From NCBI GenBank assembly GCA_900088475.1, contig FLMG01000533.1, forward strand, positions 1 through 48,340: 48,340 bases of DNA, in the 5' to 3' direction. The translations under genes were made by a program, and so were the position numbers. Shown here in pieces: positions 38,428 through 48,340 of the stretch. The notes under the pieces were generated by a model. That model worked only from the letters and a program-made list of their open reading frames with translations, was not told the DNA's origin and made no database searches. Positions within the stretch are counted from its first letter, which is position 1; each line of letters starts with the position of its first letter. Origin of the DNA: Hyphochytrium catenoides (taxonomy: Eukaryota > Protista > Hyphochytriomycota).

Positions 38428-39589
38428 CGCTCCCGCTCTTACTCCGCCCGGTCAAGAGGATTGAGAAGGCCGCTCTACGGTGGGCCGTCTATCCTTAAAT
38501 GCTCCTCCTCTGCGGTTTAGCAAGGAAGCGTGAACAATGTGGTGTGACGCTCAAATGTGCCGATCAGTGGAGGCGCGGTCCATCTTGCGTCCCGGGCGGC
38601 GGCGGGCGGCGGGGCGATCGGAGAACGAGACCGGGCTTAAGACAGCCAGAAGCCTTTTCTGCTCTATTCTTTCTTATTCTTTGAATCCGATAGAGGTCGG
38701 TAGATGCACAATAATGACCTGCGACCACTGTCAAACGTATTGCTGGTTGAAGATACCTAGCGCTGAGAGAGAGAGGGGAGAGAGAGAGGGAGGGTAAAGA
38801 GAAGAGAGAGGGAGAGAGAGGAAGAGAGAGGAGACAGACGGCGAGGTATAAGAGACTGAGGGTAGGAGAGAGACAGAAGTGGGAGAAAGAAGAAAAGAAC
38901 GCTCCAGATTGCTGAGGTTCTTCTGCCTGCTCATTCATAGATCGCCCAGCACCCTCCTGCCCAGGCAGCAGCGTCGGAAGCGAGTCAGTCTCGAGCCTCT
39001 GCGTCACACTCTCTCTCTCGCTTCCTCTCTCTCTCTCTCTCTCTACACTCTCTCTCTCTTCCTCTCTCTCTCTTCTCTCTACACCTCTCTCTCTCTCTTT
39101 GACTCCTGCTGGCCCCAGCCCCACCAGCACAGACACAGAGGAACCCAACCTCAAGCGGCCGACAGAGAGAGAGAACACGACATACAGAGTGAGCATAGGT
39201 TCATTTAACAGTCAATAATACAGGGCAAACGCTGAGACAGAGAGTGCAAAGAGATAAAGGAAGGTTGCACTAGATACGTGGACTGGCTGAGTCATGGACT
39301 TATTGTAGGAGATGAGAGATGAGACAGCCCACACCCGAGAGAGGGAGGGAGGAGGAGGGAGGAGGAGAGAGCAGAGAGAGAGAGGAAGAGAGAAGAGAAA
39401 ACCCCGCAACAGAGTCAGAAGACACAAAGTTCGAGGCAAAAATTGCCGCCGTGGCATCCCCACCCACCCATAGTTAGAGCCTAAAACCATCACTTTATCT
39501 CAACAGCCCACCCATCCGAACCCGATCAGGCTCTTTTGAGCTGGGTTCGTTCCATCCGGATCCCCAATAATCCGCACCTCTCTCTGATA

Positions 39590-40080
39590 GCTGGCACTAT
39601 ATTCCGAATGTCCTGCTGCGTCCCCCGCTGTACATTCTGCACCTTTCGCCGACCTTCGATGTGTAGTCCGATGTACGCTGCTGTACTCCCTTGTCTCACC
39701 CGTGTAGCTCCTGGTGTTGATGTTGTTCCCTTGTGCTCCCTCCCAGCTCCTCCTCCCGCCCGTTCGAAGCCTGGGTTCACTACTACTCTGTCTGTGCGGT
39801 ACTTTCTTCATCGTCCGTATCTTGCTTGACCCAGCGATCTCTTCCTCTGCAGTCTGGCGCCGTCCTCTATTGACCACGGCCCGCCGCCATCTTCTCCTTC
39901 TTCAACTTCATTCACAGACCACTACCGCCGGCAATACCTCGGCTAAACGCAAGGAGAGAGAAGGGAAGTCGTAGTAGGGCCCCCGACAATCTCATACCTT
40001 CGCTAGGAAGGCCCACCGTCGTACCCATGCCTCCTCCTCTACGTAGCCTCTCCGTTCACTCTGCAGCTCCTACCGCTGCT
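39590..40080 (-). pseudogene. Possible highly decayed non-LTR (LINE) reverse transcriptase fragment
   Basis: Frame-hopping translation gives YVEEEAWVR..GLPSE.YEIVGG...SLLSLRLAEVL and AAYIGLHIEG, loosely like LINE RT blocks 4 and 7. No intact YADD. Confidence 0.25.
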
Positions 40081-40499
40081 ACCATAGCTGCGTCGCCTCC
40101 TGAGCGGCGGGTAATCTCTTTGCCTTACCCTCTACCTAGCCTTCGGTGGTGCTGAAAGAAGGATTAAGCATTGCTTACCCTCTTCTTCCTCTTCATCTCT
40201 CATAGGTCCCTGTTCTCTTTGGTATTTCGTCTCCCTTTAGCTAGTCTCTTCTTGTACCAAGCGGTATTAATTCTCCTTCTTCTTTGGGCCTACATGTCTT
40301 CTGTGTGGTGAGAGGGAGAAAGAGAGAGAAAGAAGAGAAAGAAGGAGAAGAAACAGAAGGAGGGAGAAGAGAGAGAGAGACAGGCAAAAAAGGGAAGGGA
40401 GAGAAGAAAGAGCGAGAAGAGAGAGAGAGAGACAGTCCGCGGCGTAGCTTGGGTAGCTCTAGGCTCTCGCAGCCCTTTCTCCAGCAGATATCTTGCTGA

Positions 40500-41801
40500 T
40501 ATCTTTTAGCTATAACACAGTTTCTGTTCACACTTATGCGGGCTGTGCATTCTATGTTGCTCACGGTGACTTCCCGAGCCCCTACCGTCGTGGAGGAGAT
40601 TGAGAAGTGGGTGTCGGCTTATCCCGTTGGTTGTTCGCTTGAAGACTCATGCTCTGACGACGACGCATTCAAGCGCTCAGCTACAGTTCAAGAAACGGAG
40701 ATGACAACTGTCATTTCTCATACTTCCTGTTCCCCCGCTACACGGTGGTGAGGATTATCTGCCTCTGCGTGATGACTTGCGCAAATGAGGACGATATAGA
40801 ACGAAGAGTTTTTCTTCATTGAGCAATTGGTGCGTTGTAGGAAGATTTTGTCATCCCCCTCGAACTCCAGTCACGGATACCTCTAGTAACGGCCGGGGCA
40901 GTGGGGACACTTCTCCCTTTTTTAGGCGGTTTGGGACAGCTTCGCACAAACGCGATATCGATGAATAAATCTTAAGATCCTAGGCAATGAGCTGCAGTGA
41001 CACCGTTCTCCTGCTACCTGAAGCGACGCCGCATCGGCGACGAAGGATAGCCTTCGCATAAATTCTTGCTCAATGAAGAGCAGATTTCGTAGGGTCAGCT
41101 CTTAGCATTTCTGTCAATGCTCGTTTTTTGATCCTCTACCTCGTGGTCGCGCACACGCTCTTTGGTCCTGACTTTGCCTGGTGGTGTCATAGCTGCCGGT
41201 CGTCTCCTTCTCTTCAGAGCAGAGGCGCTGTCCCTGTGAGTTGGAGTTTATGATCGCAGCCACCGGTTCACGATCAAGCATCTCCTTTCGCTGCTCCATG
41301 AGGTATCTAAGGGGGCGCAACCCGTCGTTGTGACCGCTTTGCATGCATGATGCCTAAGTACGCCTCACAACCGTGTCGGAGTTAGACTGCCGCTCGCGCA
41401 CTCGCTTGAAGAAGTCGCTCCACAAGAGATAGGAAGGCCACCAGAATGCGGTGAAGTAAGCATGCACTGAAGGCAGTTTCCTTATGGAGAGGTCTTCATC
41501 CGCTAGGGAATCGACCTCTACCAAAAGCCACCATTCCGAGAAGCCTCACAGAATATACATTTTCCTTGAGTGCTCTTATCCTCTTTACCGTCCATCTTAT
41601 TTGTTATAGAAGAAGGTTAGCAGAGATGATCCTCCGGCTCCGACGTAATATAAGTGTGCTTTCGCTGCAAGTGGAGGCACCTCCTGTTCTTCAACCGCAT
41701 CTGTTATCCCTTTTGGAGAAGGATTTGATGCTTCGTTTATGACCCCTTCGTCTTCAAAGCTCATCACCTCCTTGCGCCCTACTAATCAACCGGTCAGCCT
41801 C
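40500..41801 (-). mobile_element. Decayed Mutator(MULE)-like transposase remnant
   Basis: ~41340-41465 minus reads AYFTAFWWPSYLLWSDFFKRVRERQSNSDTVV/EAYLGIMHAK with one frameshift. This resembles the YF..xW....W.....TNxxxE block that carries the catalytic E of MULE transposases. Stops and frameshifts throughout. Confidence 0.4.
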
Positions 41802-42014
41802 TGTTAGATTTTATCATTTGATGGTGAGCACTTTGATTTAATATTGGGGGGTGTCTGGATATACCGGAGAAAAGTTTTGTACGCTCCGGGATTCGAACCC
41901 AGGANNNNNNNNNNNNNNNNNNNNNNNNNNNNNNNNNNNNNNNNNNNNAGGGATTTTCCCCTCTGCGTCGTCCGCTGTACACTTTTTGGTTTCAGCGTCG
42001 ATCACAGTTCAACA
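41802..42014. mobile_element. LTR-like repeat copy 1 (TGTT...AACA) containing a tRNA-derived segment; interrupted by an N gap
   Basis: Starts TGTTAGATTT and ends GTTCAACA. Near-identical to 46876-47130, with 4 mismatches in the first 103 nt. Perfect box B GGTTCGAATCC on the minus strand at 41889-41899. Followed immediately by TGGTC on the plus strand. Confidence 0.85.
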
Positions 42015-42467
42015 TGGTCTACTAATATGGACAGAATGAGTATGAAGAGCTTATGGGACCTTGTTTTCCTAGTTATCATGTCGTCTAGTTTGTTTTTATC
42101 ATAATTGTGTCTTGTAATATCTACATGACCTAGTTACTGCCTCCTCGTCACTCCCCATGATGACTTACCTTGTGATGAAAGCCTAGTTACTAGAACTCTG
42201 AAACACTTTGTTTTGGGTCTGTTCCCTCTTGTGAGATAGAGTCTGGAATTGAGAGCTTTCTCAGAGTTTTGTCAGCTTCAGCTCTCAACACCTCCCCGCA
42301 GGGTCAGACTCCTCAGGTGCCCGTCGGCCGCCGCCTTGTCCTCCCCGGAAGGTAGACTTTGTCTCATGCAAGTGGAGGGGACAATTCCGAGTTCTTGAAG
42401 TTCTCGGAACTGAGGTGGAGCTAAGGCTTCGGAAGAATGTCGGCAGTCATCGTCTTGGTTGGACAGT

Positions 42468-42720
42468 GTGATGAAGTTTACAGAGCTGGGTGGCAATGCC
42501 TGAAGCTTCTGTATGAGCACAATCTAGATGAAACGATACCAAAGGGACTGGGAGTGTGAAATATGATTGGGATTTATCTGATATGAATGAGTAATGAAGT
42601 TGGTCTGGTGTGCTCTCAAGATCCTTGCTTGCTCGTGATGAAGTTTACAGAGCTGGATGGCAATGCCTCCTGAAGCTTCTGTATGAGCACAATCCAGATG
42701 AACGATAACAAAGGGACTGG
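42468..42720 (-). repeat. ~85-bp imperfect direct duplication encoding an integrase-like PFxIVHLD fragment
   Basis: Copies at 42468-42551 and 42635-42720. The minus strand reads SPFVIVHLDCAHTEASGG, resembling the start of a retrotransposon integrase core. Confidence 0.55.
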
Positions 42721-43040
42721 AGGATATTGATATAGGATTGATATTTCTTTGAATGACTGAGTCATCAGTGTCTCTGGACTGCTCTAGAGATCTTTTGCTC
42801 GTCCCACCTTCCCTCATCTCTCTCTCTCCCTGTGCTCCAGCGTTCTTCTGGAAATCTTTTCACATCTCTCTTTCCCATAACACAGGTGTACGCGTAACGT
42901 CTATGTCCCTGAGAGCTAGGTGTGTATAGAGAGTGACTACTGTACTACTGACAACGAACATTAATTGTAGCACTCAACACTCCCCCTCATACCTAGCTTC
43001 TCTGGATCATCAGTGGTGACGGTCAAATTAACTCATCTAC

Positions 43041-46000
43041 CTAATTGTCGGTCTCATTCACTCTCCCCCCCTCAGATAAAGCTAGGTGGGTAGTGGCAAG
43101 AATACTGATACTAGGATGATGGAGCACTCCAAGGTGAGGACCCATTGTCCGAAAGAGAGGAGCAGGTAAAGGCTTGGTGAGGCAATCGGCTACCATAGCT
43201 GCAGAGGGAGTAGAGACCTGCTTAATTATCCCTTTGGCTACCTTCTCTTGCAGGAGGACACAGTGCTTGAATCCAAAGTCCTTGACCTTGGTCGTGAAGA
43301 GGTGCAGAGGACATTCGCCCTCTGGTTTGTCCTGCTTAATAGGAATGGGCAGCTGGTTGGAGAAGCCGAGCTCGCCCAGGAACATACTGAAGTGCTTTGC
43401 GACCTGGCTTGCGGACCAAAGAGAGACGCACTCCGCTTCCATTGTTGACGACGCTCGAAGAGATTGTTTGTTTGACTTGCACGCAAAAGGCACCGCCGTT
43501 GAGGCTCAATAGATAGCCTGTGATATACTCTCGGTCAGCTGGGTCACTAGCCCAATCAGCATCAGCCTGGACAGAGAGTTGAATAGGGGTATCTCCTCCT
43601 AGACACAAGGAGTAGTCTTGGGTGACCTTCAGGTAGGTGAAGATAAGTTTGACAGCCTCCCAGTGGACGTGGCGGAACGCAGTTACGTGTTGGCTCACAG
43701 CTTGCACCGCATAAGCGATATCAGGCCGCGTGCACACCATGACGTACAGCACGGAACCCACTGCTTGACGATAACCCACTGCTTGACGATAAGGGGTGCG
43801 AGCCATCCGGTCTTAGGCACCGCTGGGATAGGGTGGCGGTAGGCATCACGTAGCTTGAAGTGACTCCAAGATCTCGTTGATATACATCGACTGTCGAAGG
43901 TAGATATTCCTAGCAGCTCGATCCCGCTTTACTTGGATGCCCAAGTAGTACTCACCTCCCCCAGATCAGTGATGGAGAAACGAGCAGACAGCATAGTCTT
44001 GAGACCTGCAATTTGTTCGCTGGTGGGAGCAAAGAGGAGCATGTCATCAATGAAGACGCAGACGATCTCAAGGTCCTCAGGTCTTCGAAGAGTGCCGCTT
44101 GACGTATACTCCAAAGTCACAAACGCTTTGCGCTGGAACTCTTGCTCAATCAGATAATGGTGCAGCGTGTCATTCCACATCTTGGGGCTTTGGCGGAGGC
44201 CATATATCGACTTCTTCGGCTTCCAGACGTGATCTTCGTGGTTGACGCATGTACACCTGCTCGTCGAGATTGCCGCTTAGGAAGGCGGTCTCGATAATAT
44301 CGACGTGATGCACTTCTAGATCCAGCGTGGCGGCGAGCGAGAGAAGGCAGCGCACAGTGTCATGCCCTATCACTGGAGCAAAGATCTCGCTAAAGTCAAT
44401 AATACCTGGCTTCTGTCGATTGCCAAGAGCGACTAGACGGGCCTTGTACTTGTCCATTGAGTCATCGCTATGCAACTTGACCCTAAAGACTCATTGAGAG
44501 CCGATGATATGAGCGCTGGGGGTTGGGGCACTAGATCGTAAACCTCATGGGACTGCATTGATGTAAGCTCTGAGGTAATGGCGGCTAGCCATTCTGTGGC
44601 ATGAGGTCCAGAGAGTGCCTCGCCGACTGGTTTTGGTTCAGAGACATGTCGAAGATTAGCCTGGCCAATGGAAAAGAGGGAGAGTCTTCCTGTAGCAGTC
44701 TATCAGGACCACGAGTGATAGGACCGAGCGGAGAGGTGATTGTGGTCGGAGAGGAGGGAGAAGAAGCTGCTGCCGGGTGATCTTCATCTTCGCCAAGCTG
44801 GCTCGTCTCCGTCCAAGCAGCAACGCAGATCTCTGGCTCCGGCCCCAGAAAGTCATCGGTGGGCTTCTGGACTTGCTTCGTCAGCAGAAGGTGCACTTTC
44901 TTTTTCTGCTTGTCTCGCTGCACTCTCTTCTCCACTTACTTGCCCTGCTTTAGCGGCAGTTGCTTCTTCGCTCCCTATGATGGGAAATAAAGAGACATAG
45001 TCATAATGTTGCTGGCTTTTTGCCTGTTTGAGTAGAAAGGCCCCAGAGCGAGACTCGTCGACAATTACATCACGCCGCACAGAGATTCCCTTGGTCACAG
45101 GATCATACAGTCGATAACCATGGGTGCCAGAGTCATACCCTACAAAGAAATACCGAGAGCTCCCTACAAAGAAATACAGAGAGCTCCGCGCATCAAGCTT
45201 TCGCAGGATCGTCGACGGCTTTAAAGCATACGCAAGTGAACCAAAGACGCGTAGGTGCCCACCACCAGGCGGCTTGCCGCACCACTTTTCGTAGGGGGTA
45301 GAGCCATCGAGTGAAGCAGTAGGACAGCGATTGGTCACATGAACTGCGGAGGCCAATGCATCTGCCCAAAAAACGAGGCCGGTCAGTAGCAATCAGAAGG
45401 CATCTCGTCGTCTGCATGACAGTTCTCATCCAGCGTTCACAGCAGCCGTTGCTAGAGGGGGAATAAGCAGGTGTAGGAGAGGGCAGGATCCCCGGCGAGA
45501 GCACCCTCTGCGAGCAGCACTGCTAACGAGCCCTCCCCCGCGATCGGAGCGTATCTCCTTCACGCGCTCACCCGTCTGGTTCTCCATGAAAAGAATGAGC
45601 TCCTCCAACTTGGCTTCTGCTTCTCCTTTGCTCCGAAGAAATTGCACAAAGCACCTCCGAGAGTGATCGTCCACCACGAGCAGAAAATGTGCATAGCCTT
45701 GATAGCTACGAGTATTGACAATGCCAACGTCGGCGTGCAGAAGTTCCAGCAGCCTTGTTGTCTTACGGGGCTGAGCGTGGTAAGGCTTACGAGTTAGCTT
45801 CGCAAGAATGCAGGTCTCACAAAGACAGAGCTGCCTGAGAAGCTCTATCAAGGGCTATACCGAAGCCTGCAGGGCTAGTCTTCGAATATCTGTGTGGTTG
45901 AGATGATCAAGCCGTTTGTGCCACAGGGTGATAGCCTTGCTTGCTCGTAGCTGCGGCTCATCTTGGAGGAGAAGAGTCAATTTGTCCCCCTGCATCGGCA

Positions 46001-46443
46001 GTGTCCGACGAGTAAACGGTTCCATTGGTCAAACCAATCTCACTTGTTCTTGTGAGCTTAACTTTGCAGTGTCCTTGACCAATGGAGGACTGAGAGTGTA
46101 AGCTCCATTTGAGGTAAACAACACTGCTTCACCAGAGAAGTCTTGGATGTATTGTCCAATAGAGAGAAGATGCTTCGGAAAGCCTGGCGCATAGAGCACA
46201 TTCGGCAGGTAGAGAGGAGTGGTAGCTCTATTGGCAGCGTAGTATGCTTCCCTTTCTCACGGCAAAAACTGGCCAGTTGTCAGCGGTGGTAAAGAGAGGA
46301 AGAGGGTCAATAGGAATGAAAGAGAGAAAGAGTGATCGATCTCCAGTAATGTGACTGGAGCATCTGCTGTCTAGCAGCCAATTTGTGGCTGCTTTGTTCG
46401 GCTTTTTTTGCCTTCGCTGTGTTGCGGGAGTGAGTGTCGTCAC
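43041..46443 (-). mobile_element. Degenerate Ty1/copia LTR retrotransposon pol (PR - GAG-pre-integrase - IN - RT - RNase H)
   Basis: Domains are in copia order. Protease WLLDSRCSSHITGD (DSG mutated to DSR). LWHKRLDH. Integrase LLELLHADVG, VVDDHSR, IRSDRGG, SNGCCER, TPYEKWCGKP...HLRVFGSLAY. RT KYKARLVALGNRQKPG, VFIDDML. RNase H QADADWASD, MVADCLTKPL. Many frameshifts. Polypurine tract GAGGGGGGGAGAG (43061-43073, minus) followed by TG. Confidence 0.93.
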
Positions 46444-46466
46444 GACTATGTGATAGTGGTAGGAGT

Positions 46467-46575
46467 TATGGTGCTGAACTTACCTTATTGCAGTAGCATC
46501 TCTTCATCTGTGGCTGCAAGCTATGGTGCTGAACTTATTGCAGCAGCATCTCTTGGGCACCTGGGGCTGCAAGCT
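46467..46575. repeat. ~55-bp tandem duplication
   Basis: TATGGTGCTGAACTTA...TTGCAG(T/C)AGCATCTCTT...GGCTGCAAGCT repeated at 46467 and 46522. Confidence 0.7.
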
Positions 46576-46875
46576 CGTGGACACGATAAGGGAACTAACT
46601 GGCTTGCTGCTTGACTGAGTGGACGATGGGGGATAGGTTCTTTAGGGCAACCTTCTATCTTGTCCTCCTGCTCTCTTCTTGTCTCTCTCTTTGTGAAGGA
46701 CGTCTTCTTGAGGAGCTCAGTGATGAGCTTAGATAGGCATTTGTTAATGAAGCTTCGTGGTGTAGCTAGAGCTATCGGTTAGGAGCACTAGCTAACAACT
46801 AATCATTCAGCAAGTTCCAGAGAAAAGCGCTCAGCTAAACGCTGCAGCCTGCTGGATAGAAGCTAGGGTAAGGGA

Positions 46876-47130
46876 TGTTAGATTTTATCATTTGATGGTG
46901 AGCACTTTGAATTAATATTGGGGGATGTCTGGATATACCGGAGAAAAGTTTTGTACGCTCCGGAATTTGAACCCAGGACCTCTGTGTTTGATGCCGACAC
47001 CCTAACCAGTATGCACATACACCAAACGTACTTTTGACTAATCTCCGTTTTTGTTTATATACCAGGGGTTCTTCCCCTCTGCGTCGCCCGCTGTACACTT
47101 TTTTGTTTCAACGTCGATCGCAGTTCAACA
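46876..47130. mobile_element. LTR-like repeat copy 2 (255 bp, TGTT...AACA) containing a tRNA-derived Pol III-like cassette
   Basis: Direct repeat of 41802-42014. Preceded on the plus strand by the purine tract AGGGTAAGGGA. Its right end truncates a LINE RT reading frame. Confidence 0.88.
46952..47021 (-). ncRNA. tRNA-derived (pseudo-tRNA / SINE-head-like) sequence inside the LTR
   Basis: Minus strand: TGTATGTGCATACTGGTTAGGGTGTCGGCATCAAACACAGAGGTCCTGGGTTCAAATTCCGGAGCGTACA. It has an acceptor-like stem TGTATGT/GCGTACA, a D-arm ATAC-TGGTTAGG-GTGT, a variable loop AGGTC and a T-arm with box B (perfect in copy 1). The anticodon stem does not pair. Confidence 0.75.
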
Positions 47131-48340
47131 CAAAGCGTTCTGACATCTTATGTCTTCTCCGAGGAGCTAGTTCCGTTCTCCAGCCCTCTACCGAGTCATA
47201 TGCCTTGCTGATGTCAGTGTGTAGGATAAGAATTCGCCGGTCTTGCTCCTTGCTCTCCTCAATCACTGCCTTGGTCACGCAGGTGGCTTCTTCTGCCGAC
47301 CTTCCCTTGGAAAGGCCTCGTTGGAGTGGGATAAGGGGAAACGTTGCTTGCCTGGCCTTGCTATTGCGCCTGTAGAGGATGGCAGTTTGTTCCTTTACTA
47401 CTGTCTCTAGTTTAATGGGTATATGTCCTTGGTCTCATGGGTTTAGGGATGGGAAAAATGCCTGTCGCGAGCTCCTGGATCATCAGGCCCGTTCGGAGAC
47501 ATGCGTCTAAAATTGCTCTCACTAGATCCTTGAATATTGCAGGGAGGCATTTTAAGGCTATTCTTGACATCGTGCTCGGTCCCTGGTTGGGGTGGTCCCT
47601 GTCGGTCCACTAAACAGTTGTGCCTTCTCAGTTGTGCCTTCTTCTCTTCATTTGGGTCCCATTCAGTTCTGCCCATCCCTACTGTCTTGCCACCGTGCCC
47701 GGTCTAAGCATTTCTCACTGTTCTCTGTCTGCCTGATCCTGCGGGGGGTTGGGTTAGGTGAAGCTTTCGTTTGGTTTCTCAGCACTTCTACCTGCACCCA
47801 GTTGGGTGGGGCCTTTGCCGTGGATGTCTATTCCTGGAACACTTGTGCCACTCCTGTCAGCTGTTCCTCTATTGTAATTGCCTCTTGGTGTTCTCCTTCT
47901 TTTAGATTTGTTGCTATGCTTCAACTTCCATTGGCTTTACTCGGGCTCTTGGCTTTACCAGCTTCCCATATCTAGTCAGAGCCTATCAATCGAGAAGTTT
48001 TCGCCTCTTTAACCTCATTTCTCTCAGAGCTTTAACTCCTCCTTAGGAGGCAAGATATCTCCTGTGAAAATGAAGCTGCTAGGCGTTTGATAGAGGCATG
48101 CCAGACGTCCCATTGTACCTTGTTGTTAGAGTTGGGTTTGCAAGGAATTCGGACAATCTCACTCCTGTGTTTGCTGCGTAAACTGTCTTTCGCACTTTAT
48201 TTCGCCAGCTTCGTCGTGTGGTTTTGTATAAAGTGATGTGGCCAGATTTCCCATGTATCATATGTGTTGGATTTGTATGGGATGATTAGACAGTGTCATT
48301 AGATGAGAGTGCTCGACTTATAAGCCCAACTGGGGTCCCA
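47131..48340 (-). mobile_element. Degenerate non-LTR (LINE) ORF2 reverse transcriptase fragment
   Basis: Minus strand reads KAPPNWVQVEVLRN (~47770-47820), IFPIPK...PIKLE..VKEQTAILYRR (~47370-47460) and GRSAEEATCVTKAVIEE...ILILHTDISKAYDSVEGW (~47180-47310). These match LINE RT blocks 0-3. The frame is cut at 47130 by LTR copy 2. Confidence 0.8.

Larger units (their letters stand above)
1..40450. repeat. Pervasive (GA)n/(CT)n microsatellite matrix in introns and intergenic DNA, with local (GACA)n and (CTCTCG)n variants
   Basis: Directly visible, e.g. 3740-3786, 12160-12225, 21136-21186, (GACA)n ~7485-7527, (CTCTCG)n ~29570-29632. Most N gaps sit at or next to these tracts. Confidence 0.98.

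Noticed and set aside
38564-39208. 210-aa minus and 109-aa plus ORFs
   Set aside because: Largely microsatellite-derived, with no recognisable motif or convincing splice structure.
1-40450. Hundreds of 60-350 aa ORFs rich in ER or LS dipeptides
   Set aside because: They are stop-free translations of (GA)n/(CT)n tracts. Real coding sequence is confined to short AG/GT-bounded exons inside some of them.
46952-47021. Functional tRNA gene
   Set aside because: The anticodon stem does not pair, no anticodon can be assigned, box B is mutated in this copy, and it sits inside a dispersed repeat. Treated as tRNA-derived.
41802-47130. Simple intact copia element whose LTRs are the two tRNA-bearing repeats
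   Set aside because: No TSD, no PBS or PPT in the copia (minus) orientation, and the copia has its own PPT-TG junction ~1 kb before the left repeat.
39590-47460. One LINE split by ~7 kb of nested insertions (47131+ joined to ~40080)
   Set aside because: The left fragment is too decayed to confirm as RT, appears to overlap the same RT region, and no shared TSD or junction is visible.

Overview
Eukaryotic genomic DNA. The alpha-adaptin sequence looks stramenopile/oomycete-like, which is an impression rather than a search result. The window has two sharply different compartments. From 1 to ~40,450 it is gene-dense, and introns and intergenic DNA are saturated with (GA)n/(CT)n microsatellites; most of the ORF track here is microsatellite noise. 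Reading the splice junctions gives six genes and one candidate: a PH+PX-domain gene (minus, running off the left edge), a possible tiny two-exon gene, a YVH1/DUSP12-like phosphatase whose Zn-binding domain is split by a long insert (minus), an intronless RNase T2 (minus), a 20-exon AP-2 alpha adaptin (plus), a 13-exon ANKRD13-like gene with a GOLD domain inserted inside its GPCR-chaperone domain (plus), and an intronless acidic orphan with a PP1-type KVTF motif (minus). From ~40,450 to 48,340 it is a microsatellite-free nest of decayed transposons: a MULE-like remnant, a Ty1/copia pol, a LINE RT, and two TG...CA LTR-like direct repeats that each carry a tRNA-derived Pol III cassette. The most interesting items are the tRNA-bearing LTR pair (Helenus-like, but bracketing ~4.9 kb that includes copia sequence), the ANK/GPCR-chaperone/GOLD architecture, and the consistent 5'-(GA)n...(CT)n-3' complementary polarity of mixed introns. 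All gene models were built by eye, so exon boundaries need RNA-seq confirmation.
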